Assembly (NCBI GenBank): GCA_046731515.1
Contig: JBKPLG010000060.1
Span: 5,447 to 69,446, forward strand
Source: Pseudomonadota bacterium
Lineage (GTDB): Bacteria > Pseudomonadota > Alphaproteobacteria > Sphingomonadales > Sphingomonadaceae
Direction of reading: 5' to 3'
DNA: 64,000 nucleotides
The notes below the pieces were generated by a model. The model saw only the letters and a program-made list of their open reading frames with translations. It had not been told where the DNA came from and searched no databases. A program made the position numbers and the translations under genes. Of the stretch, positions 11,138 through 21,652 are shown in pieces. Positions within the stretch are counted from its first letter, which is position 1. Every line of letters starts with the position of its first letter.

Positions 11138-14100
11138 TTACTGTCCGCGCTCTCCGCGCTCTACCGGTGGCGGAGGAGGCGGCGGCGGTGGCGGCGGCGG
11201 CGGCGGAGGCGCTGCTTCCGGTGGTGGCGGAGGCGGCGGCGGAGGCGGCGGCGGAGGCGCCTTCGCACCCAGCGGCAGGACAATCTTGAAGTTGCCGCTG
11301 TGGCTCGTGATGTCGCTGTTGAACTCGCCTTCGTAGCCGATCCTCAAGTCGACCATGCCGACCTTTCCGCCGACGCTGAGGCCCGCGAGGAAGGTGCCTC
11401 GCTTCTGGCTCGCCGAGATGACGTCGAATGCACAGGTGTTGATCTGGCACTGGAACGCCTCGGAGATGTCGGTGCGCTTGTCGCCGAAACGGTGACGGTA
11501 GCCGAGGTTCACTTCTGGTACCACTCCGCCCAGCTGCATCGCCCACTTCACGCCTGGCGTCAGGAAGCTGTGGTTGGCCTTGTTGCTGTCGAGGTGCAGT
11601 TCGGCGCCCGAGACCCCGTTTTCGATGAACTCATCCATCTTGGCGTGGGCGTAGTCGTAGTTGAGGTACGGCGTGACCACCGAGTTCTCGCCAACCGGGA
11701 AGCGGTACCCGCCATGCAGACCGAAGGTCCACATCTTGACGTCCGGATCGCCTGAGACCTGGGTAGCGAAGGTCGCTCCCGGAGCAAGACCGGCGAAGCC
11801 GATGCTGCGCTGGCTGTCGCCATCGTACCAGGTGTAGGTGGTCATCGCTTTGATGTAGAACGCGCCTGGATCGTAGGTGCCATAAAGGCCGACCTGCCAG
11901 CCGTCCGCGTCAACCTTGTCGTCGAAGAGGTGATCTTTGACGTGGTTCTTCACATAACCCAGGGCGCCACCGACGATGGCCGAGTTGCCGACGCTGGTGT
12001 CGACGCCAATTAGACCCGTGAACCGCTTCGCCTTGGCTGTTCCAGCCTCGCTGTCGCCATCGGCCTTGCGCCACTGATAGTCGAGCTGACCCCAAACGTG
12101 GATCGGGCCACTCGCACGGCACTCGAGCACCGAGCCGGCCAGCGCCGGAACTTCGCAGTTCGTCGCATTGGCGAGCAGGTCGTTATAGTGCACGCCAAGG
12201 CTCGGGAACGACTGCAGGTAGTTGGCGTAGCTCGCGCCAGCCAGCTGGTTCAACGCGGTGTTGAAGTTCGCCACGTCGGTGAACAGGAACAGATCCGCGA
12301 GCAGATCCGCGAAGCCGCCCGTCAGCGTCGGATCGAACAGACACTCAAGACCGTTGGCGGCCGATTGGCCGTTCTGGTTAAGGCCCGCAATCGCATTGAA
12401 CGGAATGCGGCTCAGGGTCAGGTCGACATTGTTGGCGTCATCCAGGATGCAGCCAAAGTCGAGGAACAGCGAACCGGCAAAGGCTCCGCCGATCTCACAG
12501 CTGTCGAAATCACCGTCGCGAACGTTGGCGTCGATCACATTGTCCCAGAAATACTCGTCCGCGAACAAGCCGCCGGCAGGAGCAAACCGCGCCTCCAAGG
12601 TCCCATCGAGATGCGCCGTATTGGCGAACACGATCGGATAGGTCCCCGGAACCTGGTCGCCACCGGTCTCCGGCTCGAGGCCGAAGGCGATCGTTCCTGG
12701 CGTGCCGTCCAGCGGCGCGCGCATGTCGAGCGTGTCGATGACCGCATAGGACGGACCGTCATACTGCGCCGGATCGCCCGAGAAGCGCGGATCCTCCAGC
12801 ACCAGCACGCCGCCATTGTTGATGTTAACCGTGCCCTCGCCAAACAGGCCGCTGTCAAGCGTGAGGGTGGTCACACCCGCGGTCACGAACTCGGGATTGA
12901 TGATGCCGTCGAACGACGTCTCGTCGTCCGTGACATTGATCACATCGCCCGGATTGATGTCGATGTTACCGTAGATGCTGCCACCCAACAGATTGATCAC
13001 GGTCTGGTTCTGGAGACCGCCATCGCCGGTGAAATCGCCGGCCACGTCGATCGCCATTCCGCGACGCCACGTCGCTCCACCGTCACCGCTCTGGCGAACG
13101 ATGATGTTGCCCGCATTGTTGATGGTGAAGACGTCGGCCGTTGGCGCTAAGGCCCCGCTCACCGCGTGGATGCCGTAGGCCGTCGCAACGGGAGGTCCCG
13201 TCGGATCGAGCGGATCGGGGATCGCATCGCCATTGGCGGTGATTGCGTCGACATTGATCGAGCCGAGGTTAGTGACCGTCCCGTCGACTACCCCGCCCCC
13301 CGCGATGAGGATTCCGGTCGCGGTTGCGTTGCTATTCGCGGACACCAAAGTAATGGTCGTCGCCGTCGTTCCGACGCCGGTGACCGTCGTCCGCGTGGAC
13401 GCGCCGCCGGCAGCGTTCGCGACCACGTTGATCGTCCCCGCGATGACCGTCGCCGTCGTGCCAGTACCGGTGACGATACCGTTGGCGACCGATGCGTGGT
13501 TCGCGGCCGTGCCGGTTTGGGTCGCCGCTATGCCGATCGCTCGCGCAACCGCAGGCGCGAGCGGTCCTGCCGCCGTCGCATTCGCATTCACACTGAACGC
13601 GCCTATGTTGACGATGTTCGCCGTGAGCGGAGTTCCGGTCGGGGCGTTAGCCACGTAACCGATTGCTTGGGCTGCCGCACCGGCGATGGTGTTGGTCGCG
13701 CCAGATGCGTGCGCGTTCGCCGTTACGTTGAACGAGCCGCTGTTGAAGAAGCTGTTGGAGCTAGCAGACTGGATCGCGCCGATCGCGACCGCCTGCGCAA
13801 CGGCGGTGTTCGCGAGCGCCGTGCCGGCTGTCGTTCCCGCCGTTGCATTCGCCGACGCGAGGACGCTGAATGTGCCAGTATTGGAGAAGACGGCAACATT
13901 CGCCACCTGCGCGACGCCGACTGCAACCGCCGCCGCGGCCGCTGTACCAGGTGCTAGTGTTGTCGTGCCGGTTCCACCGACAGCGTTGGCGATCGCGGAC
14001 ACGTTGAATGCGCCGCCATTAACGAATACGGCTGAGCCGACGGCCGGCGTCGCTGCGGTCCCACCGAGCGTACCGGTTGCAAAGGCCGACTGGAATGCGC

Positions 14101-15352
14101 CCGCAGCTGTAGCCCTGGCGCTGGCGTTGAAGCCGCTCGCGTTCGCATTGGCGGCAACCACGATCGAGCCGCTGTTGGCCACTGAGGCGATCGCATTGCC
14201 GCCGCTTGCCGTAGCGATCTGGTGAATCCCCCAGGCGTTGACTGCAAGCGCGGCCGCCGTGCCTGTGGCGTTGGCGTTGGCGGTGGCGGCAATTGTCATT
14301 GTGCCCGAGTTACTGACTAGCGCCGTGGCGGAACCATTGGTTGCCCCGACCGACTGGTGGATCGCATCGAGAACTACGGCGGTCGCGGCGGCCGAAGTTC
14401 CAGTCGCGTTGGCAAGTGCGGCGATGTTCACCGCGCCCGAGTTGGTGAGGGTGGCGTTCGCGACGCTACCAAAGGCGAATTGGGCGATTGCCCCGCTGCT
14501 GCCCGTCAAAGTGGATCCGCCGACGTGGGCGAAAGCAGCCGCCGGGCCCGTTACGGTTGCGGTGTCGCCGGTGCCCGTGATCGCGGTTGCCGTTGCCGAA
14601 GCCGCGATGTTGATCACCCCGTCATTGTCAATGACCGCAGCGGCTGCGCCGGAAGCAAATGCACCCTGGAAGATCGCTCCGCTTGTAATTGAAGCGCTCG
14701 CGGCGGCTCCGCCGGCGGTTCCATGCGCAAAAGCTGCGGCGGTGATATTGATCGCGCCGGAAGTGGTCACGGTTCCGCCCGTGTTCGGGTCGTTGAAAAC
14801 GGGATTGATCAGCGAGACCGTCGCATTCCCGGCGGCGGTAGCCACCTGAATCAGGCCGCCCGCGACAACGGCTGTCGCCGCTGCAGCGCTGCCCGACGCC
14901 GAGGCAAGCGCATCGATCGTGAGCGTGCCGCTGTTGTCGACGACGAGGCCGACATCGCCGAGGCCCGCAGTCGCCTGGACGATCGCTGAACCGACAAAGG
15001 CGTTGGCCGCGGCGGCGCCGGCCGCGGTCGCCGATGCGATCGCGCCGACTTCGGCGCTGCCGGAGTTGGTCAGCGTGCCGCCGGTCGTTCCGGGGTTATG
15101 AACGATCTGTCCGCTTGCGGTTGTCGTCACAAGGGCCGTCGCCGTCGGCGTGGCCGTATCGATCACACCGAAGAAACAGTTGGCCGTGCTCGCTAAATCG
15201 CAGAGCTCGACGGTGGAAGTGACGGCCGTATCGCCCGCGTAGGTACCATCCACCAATCCGTCATGAGGCGCTGCCATGGCAGGCGCGGCGAGGCCAAGAG
15301 CTGCGAGCGAGGCACCCGTGAGAAGTGCAATCCGCCGTTGCGAGGTCGTCAT
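11138..15352 (-). CDS. Large autotransporter (type Va) with Ala/Gly/Thr/Asn-rich repetitive passenger and C-terminal polyproline tail
   Basis: Sec signal (..LAAPAMA/A), about 40-aa degenerate NSG-x-I-x-I-AA repeats, helical linker (ALNQLAG). Beta-barrel starts HVWGQLDYQ and includes WQVGLYGTY and VTPYLNYDY. RBS AGGGG upstream. Confidence 0.88.
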   Translation of the reverse strand: MTTSQRRIALLTGASLAALGLAAPAMAAPHDGLVDGTYAGDTAVTSTVELCDLASTANCFFGVIDTATPTATALVTTTASGQIVHNPGTTGGTLTNSGSAEVGAIASATAAGAAAANAFVGSAIVQATAGLGDVGLVVDNSGTLTIDALASASGSAAAATAVVAGGLIQVATAAGNATVSLINPVFNDPNTGGTVTTSGAINITAAAFAHGTAGGAAASASITSGAIFQGAFASGAAAAVIDNDGVINIAASATATAITGTGDTATVTGPAAAFAHVGGSTLTGSSGAIAQFAFGSVANATLTNSGAVNIAALANATGTSAAATAVVLDAIHQSVGATNGSATALVSNSGTMTIAATANANATGTAAALAVNAWGIHQIATASGGNAIASVANSGSIVVAANANASGFNASARATAAGAFQSAFATGTLGGTAATPAVGSAVFVNGGAFNVSAIANAVGGTGTTTLAPGTAAAAAVAVGVAQVANVAVFSNTGTFSVLASANATAGTTAGTALANTAVAQAVAIGAIQSASSNSFFNSGSFNVTANAHASGATNTIAGAAAQAIGYVANAPTGTPLTANIVNIGAFSVNANATAAGPLAPAVARAIGIAATQTGTAANHASVANGIVTGTGTTATVIAGTINVVANAAGGASTRTTVTGVGTTATTITLVSANSNATATGILIAGGGVVDGTVTNLGSINVDAITANGDAIPDPLDPTGPPVATAYGIHAVSGALAPTADVFTINNAGNIIVRQSGDGGATWRRGMAIDVAGDFTGDGGLQNQTVINLLGGSIYGNIDINPGDVINVTDDETSFDGIINPEFVTAGVTTLTLDSGLFGEGTVNINNGGVLVLEDPRFSGDPAQYDGPSYAVIDTLDMRAPLDGTPGTIAFGLEPETGGDQVPGTYPIVFANTAHLDGTLEARFAPAGGLFADEYFWDNVIDANVRDGDFDSCEIGGAFAGSLFLDFGCILDDANNVDLTLSRIPFNAIAGLNQNGQSAANGLECLFDPTLTGGFADLLADLFLFTDVANFNTALNQLAGASYANYLQSFPSLGVHYNDLLANATNCEVPALAGSVLECRASGPIHVWGQLDYQWRKADGDSEAGTAKAKRFTGLIGVDTSVGNSAIVGGALGYVKNHVKDHLFDDKVDADGWQVGLYGTYDPGAFYIKAMTTYTWYDGDSQRSIGFAGLAPGATFATQVSGDPDVKMWTFGLHGGYRFPVGENSVVTPYLNYDYAHAKMDEFIENGVSGAELHLDSNKANHSFLTPGVKWAMQLGGVVPEVNLGYRHRFGDKRTDISEAFQCQINTCAFDVISASQKRGTFLAGLSVGGKVGMVDLRIGYEGEFNSDITSHSGNFKIVLPLGAKAPPPPPPPPPPPPPEAAPPPPPPPPPPPPPPPVERGERGQ
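11165..11257 (-). repeat. Polyproline-coding tract (P13-EAA-P15)
   Basis: NGG triplet run on the + strand; codons are CCG/CCA/CCT with no CCC. Confidence 0.95.
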
Positions 15353-15556
15353 TTATGTATCCCCTGTTTTTGGCCGCGGCCGCGGTCCTTGGTTACTCCA
15401 CTGGATTGTGCCCCTGGAGGACCGCAAACTCCGAGCCGCGCAACGGCACGCGCGCAGCCCGCCCCCAAGTGGAACATTCCTTAAGCATGGCTTATCGCGG
15501 CAAACCGCCAAAAGAAAAGCGGAAAAGTTGATGTGAATTGGTATTGACGTGATCTA

Positions 15557-15574
15557 TGTTGCCGCCGCGCAACA
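15557..15574. promoter_or_regulatory. Palindromic candidate operator TGTTGC-N6-GCAACA in the autotransporter/EF-hand divergent intergenic region
   Basis: Perfect 6-bp inverted repeat seen directly; regulator unknown. Confidence 0.45.
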
Positions 15575-15767
15575 GTCGGTGAGCCCTTGTGAGGACGGCA
15601 TCACGCGCGCGCGGGTTAATTCTGCAGAAGCAAGCCCTAACCGATTGAGCAGGTTCAGTTGGCAGCAATGTTGGCCGTCCGAAAAAGGCGCGGTCGACGG
15701 AAGCGGGCGGACTCGTTATGCGCCCGCACGCCTTTAAATCCCGAATTTCTACCAGGGGAGATTTTTC

Positions 15768-16298
15768 GTGCTCAATTCCTACGTTTCACTCGCTGCCGCG
15801 GTTGCGCTCGGCATTACAGCGCCGGCGTTCGCGACCGCCGCAGCCCAACCGACTGCCGCCAAGCCTGCCGCGCAGCAGGCCGCTCCAAACCGAACCGCAG
15901 TGCTCAAGAATCTCGAAACGAGCTTCAAGACCCTTGACGCCAATGGCGACGGAACGTTGAGCCAATCTGAGATCGCCGCCGCCGAAGCCAAGAGCCAACA
16001 GCAGCGGCTAACCACCGTCCGCTCGAAGATCGAGGAGGAGTTCACCAAGCTCGACACCAACAAGGACGGACAGCTGAGCAAGGCCGAATTCATGGTCGCG
16101 GCGCCGAAATCGGCCGGCGCGGCCCCCACCGGCGCCAATCTCCTCGCACAGTTGGACAAGAACAAGGACGGTAAGGTCACGCCCGACGAATATCGTGCGC
16201 CAATCCTGTCGCGCTTCGACAAGGCCGACACCAACCACGACGGAACGCTGAGCCAAGCGGAGCGCCAAGCGGCCACCGCGGCGGCGCGCAAGAACTAG
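15768..16298 (+). CDS. Secreted EF-hand calcium-binding protein
   Basis: Signal peptide plus four loops: DANGDGTLSQSE, DTNKDGQLSKAE, DKNKDGKVTPDE, DTNHDGTLSQAE. Confidence 0.88.
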   Translation: MLNSYVSLAAAVALGITAPAFATAAAQPTAAKPAAQQAAPNRTAVLKNLETSFKTLDANGDGTLSQSEIAAAEAKSQQQRLTTVRSKIEEEFTKLDTNKDGQLSKAEFMVAAPKSAGAAPTGANLLAQLDKNKDGKVTPDEYRAPILSRFDKADTNHDGTLSQAERQAATAAARKN

Positions 16299-16319
16299 GC
16301 CACCGTTTTTCGAACTTCT

Positions 16320-16361
16320 CGCGAAAGCCGCGTGTCTCCTATGGCGCGCGGCTTTTTCGCG
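16320..16361 (+). terminator. Hairpin after the EF-hand gene
   Basis: CGCGAAAGCCGCG ... CGCGGCTTTTTCGCG imperfect inverted repeat. Confidence 0.4.
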
Positions 16362-16373
16362 TCCTAAGGATGA

Positions 16374-18356
<1,983 letters not shown>

Positions 18357-18358
18357 TC

Positions 18359-18829
18359 ATGAAAGCATATGTCGCACTTTTGGCCGTGATTGCCGCTGCG
18401 GCCTCGCCGCTGCTGGCGGAAGGCGCCGTTCCTAGTTCCACGGAAACGGCCGCTGCGCGGCAGCTCTACGCGTTGCTACTCACCCCCGGTCCAGCCTGGA
18501 AACAGGGGCTTCCGTTCGCCAAGCAAGGTTTGGAGGCCCATTTTTACTACTGGAAAGACCTCTTCAAAAAAGGCCGCATCGCGACTGCGGGACCGCTGGG
18601 CTCGGACGGCGGTTTGGTGCTACTCTTCGCCGAAGACCTCGGCGAGGCCGAAGCGATCATGCGTTCCGACCCGGCGTTCAAGTCGGGCGTCTTCCTGGGA
18701 AGCGCGCGCCGTTACGAGCCCCCGATGATCAATGCGGACTCGCTGGGCAGCCAGCGAAGTGATGCAAAGGGAGCGTCTTTGAGCCCAGACGCGCGATCGC
18801 TCAGACGACCACAGGCTCTGGTCCCTTAA
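18359..18829 (+). CDS. Secreted YciI-like protein
   Basis: Signal peptide, H..Y...L...G....AGP...GGL and A....SDP....G YciI-like pattern. Confidence 0.6.
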   Translation: MKAYVALLAVIAAAASPLLAEGAVPSSTETAAARQLYALLLTPGPAWKQGLPFAKQGLEAHFYYWKDLFKKGRIATAGPLGSDGGLVLLFAEDLGEAEAIMRSDPAFKSGVFLGSARRYEPPMINADSLGSQRSDAKGASLSPDARSLRRPQALVP

Positions 18830-18879
18830 ATGACTGAGGCGTATCCTCCCCGCGCCGAATCGCCGCGTTGGGGGCAACC

Positions 18880-19516
18880 ATGCGCAATATTCGGCAGTTC
18901 GAAAGAAGAGCCTTTCTTTCTGGTTTCGGGGCAGTCTGCCTGGCACGAGGAACGCCCTCCATCGGCCAGACGCAACCGACCCTTCGCTGGTCGCACCCGA
19001 TCAACTGGGATACGCTGCGTTCGTGCCCACCTTCGCGGCCGCCTACTCAACGCCAGTCGATTGTGCCGACTTGGCGCTGGACTCATTGATCACATTCGCC
19101 GCTCAAAAACAGCTTCCGGTGCGCCTGTTCGACTTCGATGGGCCCGGTCATTCAAAGCGGTGGCTAATCTATGATCCGCGCGTCGACGACTGGCACAGAC
19201 TCAAGGCCGTCCTGATGCAGCAGCTCGGTGCAATCAACGTCATCGAAAACAGCCGCAAGATCACTCTGCCCGAGGTTCGCGCCGGCGACTTGATCATGCA
19301 CGAAAACGATTCCGGTTGGGGAGACTATACAGGTCACACTCGCGTGCTTCTCTCAGCGACCTATGATGCGAACCAGCACGACTATTCATCAGGCGATACG
19401 AGGGCACGTTGCCGCCCGTGATACCAGTGCTCAAGGAAAGCTGGTTCAACGATATCGGGCACATCTACGAAGACGCGCCGCGAAGATGGAACTTCGGCCA
19501 ATTCGGCATGCGCTAG
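18880..19516 (+). pseudogene. Tat-signal protein with Cys/His papain-like motifs, split by two -1 frameshifts
   Basis: Three consecutive frames: ERRAFLSGFG signal, then DCADLAL...GDLIMH...GHTRV, then YEGTLPPV...RRWNFGQFGMR* (TAG 19514-19516). Confidence 0.55.
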
Positions 19517-19677
19517 TTCAATCGGACGCCGCGCAGGGGCTGCCGGGCAATCAGCCCAAGCTGTTCACGCCGGCTCGCGTTGTCGGACGAAGCGCCGACC
19601 TGATCACTCGCACAAATCTGTGGATTCGTTGAACTTTTGACCTTGGAACTCACGCGAATCTCGTTGATTCTCGCACC

Positions 19678-20097
19678 ATGACCCTGATCGTCTTTCGCCA
19701 TCTGCCCGCCGTTGCCGCGGTCGAGGAGCAGCTTCGCCTCCAGTCCCGCGGCCTGCTGCCCGACGACGAGATCGAGGAGCTGCCGCATCTCATCGACGAC
19801 GCCTCGCGCGCCTTGTTCGGCATCACCGCGAACGAGACGCTCTATCCGGCGCTGCCCGACGCAGTTCGCGCCCGATATGTCCGCGCCGAATGGGAGGTGA
19901 ATTTCGATCCGCTCGGCCACTATTCGCGCGATCCGAACGCGCATTGGCGCCGCTTCGGTCTCGATCTCTGCTGCGAACAAGGCCGCTCGCTCCATTGCCT
20001 CGAGGTTTTCGGGCGGCAGCTGATCTGCGTCCTCGACGGGCTTCACCCGAACGCGGTCCTGGCCTTCGCCGAGAGCGAGATGCCTCGCGCGGCTTGA
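19678..20097 (+). CDS. Hypothetical protein (139 aa)
   Basis: GC3-rich codon usage and no conflicting recognisable gene; no family recognised. Confidence 0.55.
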   Translation: MTLIVFRHLPAVAAVEEQLRLQSRGLLPDDEIEELPHLIDDASRALFGITANETLYPALPDAVRARYVRAEWEVNFDPLGHYSRDPNAHWRRFGLDLCCEQGRSLHCLEVFGRQLICVLDGLHPNAVLAFAESEMPRAA

Positions 20098-20380
20098 GCC
20101 GATTCACATTTCGCTGTCCTACAGCACCTCGATTGTGATCCAAGCTGGTCGATGCACCAGCACGATTCTCGCAAAGTCCCCGACCCGCGAAGCGGCGGCT
20201 TGACCGCGCGGCCACCCAACCAAAATGGAAAGAGGCGAAAGGCCCCAATTCTCATTCATTGGCGGCGGAGGCGCGCACGCGCGAGTCAGTGTGAACATTG
20301 TGAACATTCGGGCCGCGTTAAGGTGAAAACCGCCGCCCGATTGCCCGAGCGGCGGCTTTGCTCTCCCGTGTGATGTTGCC

Positions 20381-21040
20381 TCAGGCGGCTTCGACCTGGC
20401 GCTCCTGCTCCTCGACCATCGCTTCCGGCAGGCCGGCTTCCGGATCGACCGGCTCGGCCTTACCCGCGGCGACCTCCCGCTCGCGCTTGTCGAAAAAGGC
20501 CGCGCGGCTCAAACGATGCTTGAGCGACGCCGACGGGTTGGCCGGCGACGGGCCGCGATGGGCGCGCTCGACCCAGGTCTCACCCGGGCAACGGTCCGAA
20601 CCGTCGTCCAACGATTCGTCGCAAGGCTGCGCATTGCCCCAGGCAAAGGCCGAAGCTTCTGTTGCCGCGGGCTGATCCTGGAACATGGGCTCGTCGAACA
20701 GAGGGTCACGCGGCTGGGCTGCGGCGGTTTCCGTTACATGCTCGGCCGTCTCTGCATTCTCACGCCTCTTTCGCCGCGAGAGCGCGAAGGCTCCGGCCCC
20801 GAGCACTAGCAGGGCGAGTGCCCCACCGCCATACACGAGCATCTGCTCGTTGACCGCAGGCTCGGCCTTACGCGCTGGCTTGGCCGTCGGAGCCGGCTGG
20901 GCATTCTCGTTCAACGCCGGGCTTTTCGACAGGTCGACGATCGGCTTGGGGGCCTTCGCATAGGTTGGGGAAAGCGCCAATGCCGCGGCAATCGCGGCGG
21001 CGCCGGCTCGTGCATAGAGCATCTTGGTCGTAATCATCAT
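20381..21040 (-). CDS. Hypothetical membrane protein
   Basis: Signal-like N-terminus, Pro/Ala linker, TM followed by RRKRR, acidic tail with GPSPANPSASLKHRLSRAAFFD. Confidence 0.7.
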   Translation of the reverse strand: MMITTKMLYARAGAAAIAAALALSPTYAKAPKPIVDLSKSPALNENAQPAPTAKPARKAEPAVNEQMLVYGGGALALLVLGAGAFALSRRKRRENAETAEHVTETAAAQPRDPLFDEPMFQDQPAATEASAFAWGNAQPCDESLDDGSDRCPGETWVERAHRGPSPANPSASLKHRLSRAAFFDKREREVAAGKAEPVDPEAGLPEAMVEEQERQVEAA

Positions 21041-21340
21041 GCCGCAACAACGGTTGATAGGCCAGGTAAGTGTCGGATTATCGGCGATTTGAGGGATTGC
21101 ATGGACGAAATGAACGCCTCGTTCAGCTCCGCGAAAGGTTCCGTAATCCGCCGCAATATGATGCGGTTTTGTCGCTACCGGGTCTCAGCGCGCCAGCGCG
21201 CGGCGACGCGGTCTGTCACAAGGGCGATCCCGACAAGTTGCGTGTCAGATGCTCGCGCCCATACTCCGCCGCCATTTTCGAGGCCGCGCAATGAATCTTC
21301 ATACTTGGGCCTTTTCGCGTGATGGGAGTAGAAAATAGCC

Positions 21341-21652
21341 GTGACGCATTTCCTCCTCTTCTATGAGGCCGGTCCGGAATATCTGGAGCGTCGGCCGCAG
21401 TTGCGGCCGGAGCATCTGAAGCACGCTTGGGATGCTCACGAACGCGGCGAGCTGATCGTCGCCGGGGCGCTCGCCCATCCGGTCGACGGCGCGGTGCTGA
21501 TGTTCGGCGGCGAGGACAAATCCGTCGCGGAGGAGTTCGCCCGGGCCGATCCTTACGTCACCAACGGTCTCGTCGCCCGCTGGTACGTGCGTGAATGGAC
21601 CACCGTCGTTGGCGAGCTCGCCGCGAACCCGGTCTGGCCGGAGGACCTATGA
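21341..21652 (+). CDS. YciI family protein
   Basis: R...RPEHL....GEL..AGAL..P.DGA and FARADPYV.NGLV..W.VREW. Confidence 0.88.
   Translation: MTHFLLFYEAGPEYLERRPQLRPEHLKHAWDAHERGELIVAGALAHPVDGAVLMFGGEDKSVAEEFARADPYVTNGLVARWYVREWTTVVGELAANPVWPEDL

Noticed and set aside
11088-11336. Poly-Gly and poly-Arg ORFs on the + strand (11088-11336, 11120-11755)
   Set aside because: These are antisense shadows of the polyproline tract.
20290-20308. GAAC repeats as an alphaproteobacterial LexA box
   Set aside because: Spacing is N5 rather than GAAC-N7-GAAC, and the site lies between convergent gene ends.
21113-21143. GGAAC-N16-CGAG on the minus strand as an EcfG promoter for 20381-21040
   Set aside because: The -10 element deviates from the CGTT consensus, so it is too weak to call.
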